A stretch of DNA of 64,000 nucleotides from Ostreococcus lucimarinus. Taxonomy: Eukaryota. The stretch lies in the NCBI GenBank assembly GCA_000092065.1, contig CP000584.1; one strand, 5' to 3'. The stretch's first letter is position 1. Every line of letters starts with the position of its first letter. The notes under the pieces were generated by a model. That model was given only the letters and a program-made list of their open reading frames with translations, did not search any database and had not been told where the DNA came from. Positions 41,772 through 50,398 of the stretch are shown here, piece by piece. Made by a program: the position numbers and the translations under genes.

Positions 41772-43161
41772 ATGCGCGCCTGCACGCCTCGCGCGTCGAG
41801 CGCGAACGCTCCAGGCGCGCAAAACGACGAACGACGCGCGACGCGCGCGAAGACGCACCGACGACCCGCGGTGGCGTCGCCGACGATCCTCGTTCAGGGC
41901 GGCAAGGATCCGGAGACGACCACGAATGGGCTGTCGAAGAAACGACGCGCGGTGATCGAGGACATGACGTCGTTCGCGGCGGGAGAACTGAGCGGACTGC
42001 TGAAGGACCCGGACACGAATTGGCAACCGCAAGATTGGCTGCCGAATCCGGAGTCGCCGGATTTCTTGGATCAGGTGCGAGGGCGAGGGGGGGCGAGGGG
42101 ACGCGCGCGAGGGATGGTTTATCCGCGCGAGGGCGGTCGAGGGCGTTCGAACGAGACGCGACGCGGGACGCGCGAGGCGAGGTCGAGGCGCGCGCGAGAT
42201 GGGCGAGGGGGTGGGTGGAGGCGTGCGCGCGCGCGAAAACGCGGTGACTGACGAGCGCGCGAACGCGTCGCGATCGCGATAGGTGGCGGAGATTCGTAAA
42301 CGCGCGGCGAACATCCCCGACGATCTCTTCGTCGTGCTCGTCGGCGATATGATCACCGAAGAGGCGTTGCCGACGTACATGAACATGTTGAACACGCTCG
42401 AAGGAACGAAGGATAACTCTGGCGCGGATGCTCACCCGTGGGCGGTGTGGACGCGCAAGTGGACGGCGGAGGAAAACCGTCACGGCGACCTCATGAACAA
42501 GTACTTGTGGATGACGGGTAAGGTGAACATGAAGCCGGTCGAGACCACGATCCAGAAGCTCATCGGCAGCGGCATGAACCCTAAGACGGACAACAACCCG
42601 TACCTCGGTTTCGTGTACACGTCTTTCCAAGAGCGCGCGACGAAAATTTCCCACGGGAACACGGCGCGCTTGGCCAAGGAGGCGGGCGATCCGGAGTTCG
42701 CGAAGATGTGCGGCATCATCGCCGCCGACGAAGGCCGCCACGAGATCGCGTACCAGCGCATCATCGATGAAGTATTGGCGCGCGATCCCGACGGTGCCGT
42801 CCTCGCGTACGCGGACATGATGGAGAAGCAAATCACCATGCCCGCGCACATGATGTGCGACGGCCAGCACAAGGCGCGAACCGGCCGCGACCTCTTCGTC
42901 GATTTCGCCGCCGTCGCGGAGCGCACGGGCGTGTACACCGGCCACGATTACGCCGATATCATGGATCACCTCAACAAGCGTTGGGACATCGCCAACATCA
43001 CGGGTTTGGGCGGCGAGGCGGCCGCCGCGCAAGAGTACTTGATGAAGCAACCCGCTCGCATCCGCAAGCTCGTCGCTTTCGCCGAGAAGAGGGCGGCGAA
43101 GAAGCCTCCGGCCAAGGAAACCTTCTCCTGGATTTACGATCGTCCCGTCGACATCAACTAA
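41772..43161 (+). CDS. soluble acyl-ACP (stearoyl-ACP delta-9) desaturase, plastidial; two exons (41772-42074, 42283-43161)
   Basis: Exon 1 '...[19 protein letters not shown]' and exon 2 '[39 protein letters not shown]...[16 protein letters not shown]...[12 protein letters not shown]' are collinear with plant SAD/FAB2 (di-iron EENRHG / DEKRHE-type motifs). Intron GTGCGAGG...GGTGACTGACGAG...GATAG. Short transit-peptide-like N-terminus. Confidence 0.9.
42075..42282 (+). other. spliceosomal intron (GT-AG, 208 nt)
   Basis: Donor after CAG (Q) at 42072-42074; acceptor AG 42281-42282. Without splicing the frame runs into a Gly/Arg-rich read-through to TGA 42249. The ORF-track 'M' at 42283 is GTG, the first codon of exon 2. 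Confidence 0.85.
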
Positions 43162-43404
43162 ACAACCACCACCGTAGCGCGAGAAAGGCAATATAGCCTC
43201 CGCTTTTAGCTCTTGCCGTTGCGGCGTGTTGCTCGGTGCTCGACTATTCACGCTCAAATGTAAAAAGATTCAGATTCAATTCCCTACGCGATTCCCTGCG
43301 GCGCTTGATGGATGTGTATTATTATTGCACGCATCATTCCTCGAACCACGCGTCGAGCTCTACGCTAGAAACGACTCTGCGACTCGATCGCTCGTCGCGC
43401 ATCC

Positions 43405-44241
43405 TTAGTTTTCGCGCGTCGGCAAGACCGCCTCGATGGCCGTCCACACCTCGCTCATGTCCTTTGCCGCGTCGATTTTCGCGACGACGGGAGAGTAGTG
43501 CTCCAAAATGGGCTTCGTTTGCGAGTGGTACGCTTCGAGGCGCGTCACGAGCGCTTCTTTCGTGTCATCGCTGCGCTGCTCGAGCTGCTCGCCAGTCTCG
43601 TCGTCAAACATGCGCTTCGGCTTGGCTTGCTTACCCGGGCACGCCTTCAGGCTCTTCGGCGGGTTGAACGTGGCGTGATACGAGCGACCGCTCGCCTTGT
43701 GCACCCATCGGCCGCAGATGCGCTTCTCCAAAAGCGAGTCCGGGACCTCGAGCGAGACGACGACGTCCACCTTCTCGCCGCGCTTCGCCAGCATCTCATC
43801 CAGCTTCTTCGCCTGCTCGATCGTCCGCGGGAACCCATCCAAAATGAACCCACGCGCGCAATCCTTCGCCGCGATTCGATCGCGAATGATCGCCACGACG
43901 ATGTCGTCCGTCACCAATCCCCCCGAATCCATCGCCGCCTTCGCGCGTCTCCCGACATCCGTCCCCGCCGCCACCGCCGCGCGCAGCATGTCTCCCGTCG
44001 CGAGCTGCGGCACGCCGAGCTTCTCCGTGATCTTCGGCGCTTGCGTTCCTGCGTCGCGCGCGTCCGTCGCGTCCGTCAGTCACCGCGCGCGCGTCGTTCG
44101 CGTCGCGCGTCGATCGCCGTCGTCTCGCGTCGCCGACGCTCGCGTCTCTCGCGTCTCTCGCGCACCCTTGCCCGCGCCCGGCGGTCCGAAGATGACGATC
44201 ACCGATCGCGGCGCGCCGCGCTTGCTCTGCCCGCCGCCCAT
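43405..44241 (-). CDS. adenylate kinase; two exons (~44166-44241 and 43405-44048)
   Basis: Exon 1 '[26 protein letters not shown]' (P-loop), phase-1 donor GTGCGCGAGAG. Exon 2 '[32 protein letters not shown]...[10 protein letters not shown]...[19 protein letters not shown]' (NMP-binding and LID). Confidence 0.85.
44049..44165 (-). other. spliceosomal intron (GT-AG, ~117 nt) in adenylate kinase gene
   Basis: Donor GTGCGCGAGAGACG; branch GGTGACTGACGGACG; acceptor CGACGCAG. Splits the P-loop GKG|T codon. Confidence 0.8.
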
Positions 44242-44307
44242 CGCGCGGCGTCGCGTTCCGCGGCGTGCCGACGTCTGCCGACGTCACTCGTCGACGCTGA
44301 TTACGCG

Positions 44308-45387
44308 ATGCGGCGCGCGCTGCACGTCGCGCGCGTCGCCAAGGCGAAGAACCGCGACGCCGGACGGTCGATGCACTGGCGCGTGGGTAAGGGGAGCGAG
44401 TCCGCGAACGGCGCGGGCGAGGCGACGGCGCGCGGCGGGAAAGGAAGCTCGAAGACGACGCGGTCGCAGCGGACGAACAAGAGCTACAAGGTGTACGTCA
44501 GCGGACGACCGACGATCGACGACGTCGAACGGGCGTCGAGGGGGGAGAAGACGAAGTCCATGGGCGTGGTCGAGCGCGAGGCGCCGTACAGGCTGACGCG
44601 AGACGAGCGAGAGGCGTGGGAGCGAGCGAAACGGCGAGGAGGGCTGGAGACGCGAAGCGCGAGTCGAGACGGGCTCGCGAGACGACGGTTTCCGTTGGTG
44701 AACACGCATCGGGCGTACTGCGATGCGGTGGGGATGGTGTTCGTGTGCACGGAACAAGACGTGGGGGGGGGGGAGGATTGCGTGGTGGTGGACGTGTCGA
44801 CGCTGCGGGCGAGCGAGGACGGCGACGCGCGCGCGCGGTTGAGCGAGTTGGCGATCGCGTTGGGGGCGAGCGCGGAGGATTTGTGCGGCGACGAGGAACC
44901 GCTGATGGCGCAGATGCGATACGTGGCGGCCATGGAGGGGGGGTTCGAGCGCACGGCGCTGGTGGAAGTGTTGGAGGGAGACGCCGAAGCCGAGCCGGCG
45001 CCGAGCGAGAGCGAAATCGCGGCGGCGAGAGACGCCGTCTCGGCCGCGGCGGATCGCGTGCGCGAAATGAAAGATTCAGGGAAATCGAACGCGGATGATG
45101 ACGTGAAAGCTGGCGTGCGATGCCTCCTCGAGGCGAAGGCGAAGCTGGGAGCGATGGAGGCCGCCGCGGAGAAGACGTCGGCGGCCGCGAACGAGGCCGC
45201 GGAAGTGGATCTGGAGGCTGAATTAAAACGAATCGAAGAAGCGGCTCGGAGATCACTCGTCGAGTTACCCATTCACGGTTTGCCCGAACGATATATGCGG
45301 TTCAAGTGTCCTGATCGTCCAACGGCGAAGGCGCTCTCGAAAGCCATCGCAAAGGAGGATCTCGCGCCTTTGTTGCTCGAAGTCTAG
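44308..45387 (+). CDS. hypothetical protein with WHEP-TRS-like helix-turn-helix segment
   Basis: 'SESEIAAARDAVSAAADRVREMKDSGKSNADDDVKAGVRCLLEAKAKL' resembles WHEP-TRS. Basic N-terminal region 'YKVYVSGRPTIDDVERASRGEKTK...LTRDEREAWERAKRRG'. The 5' 800 nt of the ORF-track ORF is antisense junk. Confidence 0.4.
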   Translation: MRRALHVARVAKAKNRDAGRSMHWRVGKGSESANGAGEATARGGKGSSKTTRSQRTNKSYKVYVSGRPTIDDVERASRGEKTKSMGVVEREAPYRLTRDEREAWERAKRRGGLETRSASRDGLARRRFPLVNTHRAYCDAVGMVFVCTEQDVGGGEDCVVVDVSTLRASEDGDARARLSELAIALGASAEDLCGDEEPLMAQMRYVAAMEGGFERTALVEVLEGDAEAEPAPSESEIAAARDAVSAAADRVREMKDSGKSNADDDVKAGVRCLLEAKAKLGAMEAAAEKTSAAANEAAEVDLEAELKRIEEAARRSLVELPIHGLPERYMRFKCPDRPTAKALSKAIAKEDLAPLLLEV

Positions 45388-45450
45388 GCAGCATCACGGT
45401 TTAGTTGCGGTACGCGCTCTGCTTTGCTATGTACAATGTATTTATTTGCT

Positions 45451-48144
45451 TTACTGTATTCCTCGCGCGACTCGCTGAGGCGCGATGTCACCAGGACCGA
45501 CGCCCTTGGAGGCGTAGTACTCGCTGAAATCGAGGCGGAACAACAAGAATTGCGTGTCCACGTGCGTTTGGAGTGGCAAAAGGTTCAAGAAACCGTCCAA
45601 TGCACGCGCGTAGTCGTCGCGCAAATTTGCCAGTCGACTCTGCGCCACGGCGACCTCGTCCTTATCGATAAAATCGCTCGCATTCGACTCCTCGCCGACG
45701 TATGTCCCCCATTGCTTGTTCTTCTCGCGCTCGGCGATGCGCTCTCGCGTCGCCGCCTTCTTCGCGACGACGTCTGCCGCCATGTCGAAAAGATCAGCTG
45801 CGACTTCGCGGAACGACATCATCACCTCAAAAAGTGCGTAAAGGGTCTGCAGAACTAGCTGCGACTTTGACCCGAGCAAAGCCTTTTGAACGACGGCGTC
45901 GAGGAATACGTCGTGCGCCGCGATGATTTCATCCAAATCGGAATGCTTGGCAAACTTCTCCTCGAGCTCGACCCACGAGGTCTCCAGCACCTCGAACATG
46001 ACGTAGTACTGAAAGTTAGAAATAAAGCTGTGCATCTCCCCTCGCAATGAATGACAGCTGCGTAGCATGTCAGCCAACGCCGCGCCAGACGTGCCCCCGC
46101 CGGCGGTTTCGCTTGACAACAAATGCGCTACCGTCGGTTTCATCATCTGCCACGTCCCACAGAGCGAATGTTCCACTCGCTTCAGACGCCACAGAAAGTT
46201 GAACACGCGCAAATACTTGCTCATCGCGTGTTCGGTGAATATCGTCGTCAAAGGCTGATTTACGACGTACTCGAGCGTGAAGACATCCCATCCCACTTCT
46301 TCGTTCAAGTGCGCCATCAAACGCACGCGTAAGCGATCGAGAAAGTCTGGAGAATCCGACTGGGCGCTACTGCTGCGCACGGCTTGTTCGAGCATACCGC
46401 TGAGCTTGAAGACACTCAATGAATTCGCGGGCTGCTCCAAGCTCGGACCCATCAAGTCCATCAAGCACTCGTGCAAATCCCCCTGGCCGAGCAACAAATA
46501 GCGCTTGAGCGCTTGACAATGCTCTCCGAGCTTGAAGCGTTCGAAGAGTACGCGACGCACCGTTCCGTCCACACGCTTTGCTGTCTCGCTAATCAACGTC
46601 GTCAAACCATCTGGATTCTCAAAGTCTAGCCCTCCAGCCTTTTCCACCGCGTTCAAGACGTCCGCGCGTTCGGGCGTCCAGCTCGAGTCGTCGCAGCATC
46701 TGCGAAGAAAGTTTATGCTCTTGCCGAGGCGAAGTATAGTTTTCCCCTGTTCGCGCGTGATGAACGAGGGCAGCATGTCCTCATCGAACGCATACTTTCG
46801 GCGCCATAAATCTTTATCCGAAATCGAGTGATCAACGCTCACGAAGAACTCGCACAATGGGTCTTCGAGCTCGCCGCTCACCGTCCATCGATGCACCATG
46901 CCCAAATACGGCGTCGCGCTCGCGCTCAAAACTCTTCGTACCAACGCGGTGGATGACGGGTCGCCGTGTTGAGAGTAGTTGTACATGGCCGCCAAAGCAG
47001 CGCCTCCTCGCTTGCCGTGCGTCGCGTCGACCAAAACCGCTAGCGTCCGTAACATCTTGAGAGGATCGGCGAGCCACACGAAGAGTCGACGCAGGGTGAG
47101 GTAACTGTCGCCGCCCTTCGCCGCGCCGTCGCCTCGTTCGAGGTAAGCCACGATCGGAATCTGCGCTTGAGCTTCTAATACCGCGATCAACTTGTAGTAA
47201 CTCGCAAGCTCGCGCTGAATCGCCGCTCTGAACGCCTGCCGCGTGCTGCCGTCGCCGTCGTCGACGTCGACGCCCGCCGTCCTGCCGTCGCCGAGCGCCG
47301 CCGAAACCTTCTTAAATAACCACCCTACTTCGGTGAGGCACTTGATCAAATTTCGTCGCCCGGCCGAGACGTTCACGTTCGGTGCCAGCGCGAACGCTTG
47401 TTGGGCCGGAGAAAACTTGATGAACTCGCCGTCGATGCCTTGACACGCGTACAGCACGTCTCGCACCAATTCGCGTTCGTCGCACTCCCCGCTCGCCGCG
47501 CGTTCAATCTCCAAAGTCCTGTACGCATCCGCGCGCCGACCGACGGCGTGCAACCCGAGCGCCCCTTTCTCACCGCCCGCGAGCGCGCGCGCGGCCTCGC
47601 CATCATCCAACCGTCTCGTCGCCGCCGCCGTCGCCGCGCCCGCGCGTTCGTCTCGCGTCAACGCCTTCGCCGCCGCGTCCAAATCCAACCGCCGCATCCC
47701 TCGCGCGCTCGCGCCCACCCCCCCGCCCGCTCCCCACGCGCCCTCCGCGTCCTCCGAGATCGCCAACAGCGTCCTGAGCACTCCCGCGCGTCGCGTCGAC
47801 CCGCTCGCGTCGCGCCTTCGCGCGCGTTCGCACGCCTCCGCCGCGCGCGCCGCCGCGTCCTCCCCCCGCCTCTCTCGCACCCTTCGCACGATCGCCCGCG
47901 CCACCGCCTCGCCGTCGTCCATCGCGTCCCTCACGGCCGTTCCCTCGCCCAGCGTCGACGCGAGCACGCGCGTCGCGACCCGGCGTCCCGCGTCCGCGCG
48001 TCGCGTCGCCTCGCGATCGTCCGTCGGCATCGCGTGCGTCGGCGTCGCGTTCGTCGGCATCGCGTTCGCGAGCGTTCGCTCGACGAGCGCTCGAACGAGC
48101 GCGGCGACATCGCGCGCGTCGTCGCGCGCGCGCGCGTCGGCCAT
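45451..48144 (-). CDS. gamma-tubulin complex component (GCP2/GCP3-like, Spc97/Spc98 family)
   Basis: GRIP-type regions 'ELVRDVLYACQGIDGEFIKF', 'ASYYKLIAVLEAQAQ', 'YLLLGQGDLHECLMDLMG', 'QYYVMFEVLETSWVELEEKF'. 897 aa. Confidence 0.8.
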   Translation of the reverse strand: MADARARDDARDVAALVRALVERTLANAMPTNATPTHAMPTDDREATRRADAGRRVATRVLASTLGEGTAVRDAMDDGEAVARAIVRRVRERRGEDAAARAAEACERARRRDASGSTRRAGVLRTLLAISEDAEGAWGAGGGVGASARGMRRLDLDAAAKALTRDERAGAATAAATRRLDDGEAARALAGGEKGALGLHAVGRRADAYRTLEIERAASGECDERELVRDVLYACQGIDGEFIKFSPAQQAFALAPNVNVSAGRRNLIKCLTEVGWLFKKVSAALGDGRTAGVDVDDGDGSTRQAFRAAIQRELASYYKLIAVLEAQAQIPIVAYLERGDGAAKGGDSYLTLRRLFVWLADPLKMLRTLAVLVDATHGKRGGAALAAMYNYSQHGDPSSTALVRRVLSASATPYLGMVHRWTVSGELEDPLCEFFVSVDHSISDKDLWRRKYAFDEDMLPSFITREQGKTILRLGKSINFLRRCCDDSSWTPERADVLNAVEKAGGLDFENPDGLTTLISETAKRVDGTVRRVLFERFKLGEHCQALKRYLLLGQGDLHECLMDLMGPSLEQPANSLSVFKLSGMLEQAVRSSSAQSDSPDFLDRLRVRLMAHLNEEVGWDVFTLEYVVNQPLTTIFTEHAMSKYLRVFNFLWRLKRVEHSLCGTWQMMKPTVAHLLSSETAGGGTSGAALADMLRSCHSLRGEMHSFISNFQYYVMFEVLETSWVELEEKFAKHSDLDEIIAAHDVFLDAVVQKALLGSKSQLVLQTLYALFEVMMSFREVAADLFDMAADVVAKKAATRERIAEREKNKQWGTYVGEESNASDFIDKDEVAVAQSRLANLRDDYARALDGFLNLLPLQTHVDTQFLLFRLDFSEYYASKGVGPGDIAPQRVARGIQ

Positions 48145-48424
48145 CGTCGCGCGCGCGGTCGTCTGTCGCCGCGCGCGGGCGTCCGCGGCCGTTGACGTCG
48201 TGTTTGGTCCGTGTTTGGTCCGTGTGTGTACGAGACCGACCGTCGCGAACTCTCGTAGAGCGGCGTCCGCGAGCGGTAGTACATAGCGACGAACCGCGCG
48301 ATAAAAGCGTCCGACGACGGAGCGTTTTCGTCGCGGCGCGAGCGTTACGCGACGGACGCCGCGGCGGGCGACGGCGGGCGACGCGCGACGACGCGCGGCA
48401 GACGCCAGCGCGAGGGCGCGTGCG

Positions 48425-50392
48425 ATGGACGGTCGGCGTCTCGCGCCGGCGGACGCGCGCGAGGCGCGCGAGACGGCGGACGCGCGCGAGACGGCGTGGA
48501 AGGTGGACGTGCGCGCGCTCGAGCGAGAGGCGCGTCGACGGCGCGCGACGGACGCGCGCGGAGGCGCGGACGCGGACGACGCGGACGCGGGCGACGACGG
48601 TGGGAAGGCGGGACGCGCGACGCCGTTGGCGGTGGTGTGTCAGGACGTGCGGTACGAGGTGAGGGATCGTAAGACGGGCGCGACGACGCGGTTGCTGGAC
48701 GACGTCAGCGCGGTGTTTCCTCCGGGGGGGGCGTCGGCGCTCATGGGTCCGTCGGGGGCGGGGAAGACGACGCTGCTGGACGTCATGAGCGGGAGGAAGA
48801 CGCAGGGACGCTTGCGCGGGCGCGTCGTCGTCGGTGCCGAGCCGGCGACGAAGGCGGCGTTGAAGACGTGCGCGGCGTACGTCGAGCAGTTTGATTGCTT
48901 GCTCGCGTCGTTGACGGTGCGAGAAACGTTGATGTATCAAGCCGAGTTAAAGCGAGGCGCGGAAGGTTTCGACGCCAAGGCGCGCGAGGAGCAAGTGAAT
49001 CGATTGATCGAAGACTTGCAGTTGGAAAAGTGCGCCGACGTCGTCGTCGGCAGCGCTTTGTCGCGAGGGATTTCCGGCGGGCAAGCAAAGCGCACGAACA
49101 TCGGCATAAGTTTGGTCACTCGTCCTCGTATTTTGTTCTTGGACGAGCCCACGAGCGGATTGGATTCGAAAACTTCGTACGATTTGATGCGAGTCATTCG
49201 AAAATTTTGCGACACCGCCGGAGTCACGGTCATCGCCACCATTCACTCGCCGAGCTCGGAGGCGTTTCGTCAATTCGATCGTCTGTTGATGCTGAAGAAT
49301 GGCAAAGTCACCTACGCGGGTCCATTATTCGGCGAAGAGGGCGCAGAGACGTACTTTTATTCGCTCGGGTTTTACTTTGATCCGAACGATAACTTTGCGG
49401 ATTTCTTAATCGCCACCGCGGGCGACGATTCGACGGATTTTGCCAGAGAGTTTACGGCGAGTTTTCATCACAAGCGTAATCGCGACGAAGTGCGCAAGTA
49501 CGTGCGAGAAGTGGTGAATCGGCGGGAAGCAGGCGACACGCGATCTCTGCTGCTCGCAAACGCCCCAAAACCTGTCGGTTTTGCGAGCGCCGTGCGCACG
49601 CTGTTAAAGTACCGCACGTCTCGAAATTACCGCGACGCGCAATTCGTCGGCGCGCGCTGCGCCGGGCACCTCATATTCGCCGCCGTCATGGCGACCATGT
49701 ACGCGGGCCAAGGAAAGGTCATGTCACTCGACGCCCAAATCAACGTCTCTAACATGCTGTTTATGAACAACGTCCTCCCCGCGTTCGCTGCGAGTGGATA
49801 CTTGCCTTCAATCTTGATGGAACGCCCACTTCTGTACCGCGAGCTCGACGACGGATGTTACCCACTCTTGGCGTACATCGCGTACAAAATCATCGAAGAA
49901 GCACTCGTGGCGCTCATTGTCTCACTCGTTGCGACTGCGATCTTATACAACGCCGCAGGTCTGCGAGGCAACTTCTTCGTCGATTGGCTCGCGTACTTTG
50001 GCATGCAACAATGCGGCGGCGCCGTCGCCTACCTCTGCGCCGCCGTCGCCCGCGACGTCGACGCCGCCAACGCCATCTTACCCGTGTACAACGTCCTTCA
50101 GGTCCTTTTCGCCGGTGTTTTACTCAACATCAACGACGTCCCGCGCGCTTGGACCTGGTGGCCACCGACGTTATTCGTTCGATACGGCTGGAAGGCGCAA
50201 ATGCTCAACCACTTCGCTCGCGTCGAGCCTCCCGTCTTTCTCGCCGACGACGGCTCCCTCGTCGGCGTCACCTCGTATTACGACGTCACCGGCACGACGT
50301 CGTCTAATCTCGGTTTCGTGTACTTGCTCTGGGCGTGTTGGCTCGTCGTCGCCGCCGTCTGCACCGCGAGCGTGCGCCACCAAAATCGTTAG
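48425..50392 (+). CDS. ABC transporter, G-family (white/brown-type half transporter)
   Basis: NBD first: Walker A 'GPSGAGKTTLLDV', signature 'ISGGQAKRTNIGISL', Walker B 'ILFLDEPTSGLD'. Then ABC2-type membrane domain with 6 TM segments. Confidence 0.85.
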   Translation: MDGRRLAPADAREARETADARETAWKVDVRALEREARRRRATDARGGADADDADAGDDGGKAGRATPLAVVCQDVRYEVRDRKTGATTRLLDDVSAVFPPGGASALMGPSGAGKTTLLDVMSGRKTQGRLRGRVVVGAEPATKAALKTCAAYVEQFDCLLASLTVRETLMYQAELKRGAEGFDAKAREEQVNRLIEDLQLEKCADVVVGSALSRGISGGQAKRTNIGISLVTRPRILFLDEPTSGLDSKTSYDLMRVIRKFCDTAGVTVIATIHSPSSEAFRQFDRLLMLKNGKVTYAGPLFGEEGAETYFYSLGFYFDPNDNFADFLIATAGDDSTDFAREFTASFHHKRNRDEVRKYVREVVNRREAGDTRSLLLANAPKPVGFASAVRTLLKYRTSRNYRDAQFVGARCAGHLIFAAVMATMYAGQGKVMSLDAQINVSNMLFMNNVLPAFAASGYLPSILMERPLLYRELDDGCYPLLAYIAYKIIEEALVALIVSLVATAILYNAAGLRGNFFVDWLAYFGMQQCGGAVAYLCAAVARDVDAANAILPVYNVLQVLFAGVLLNINDVPRAWTWWPPTLFVRYGWKAQMLNHFARVEPPVFLADDGSLVGVTSYYDVTGTTSSNLGFVYLLWACWLVVAAVCTASVRHQNR

Positions 50393-50398
50393 CGCCAA

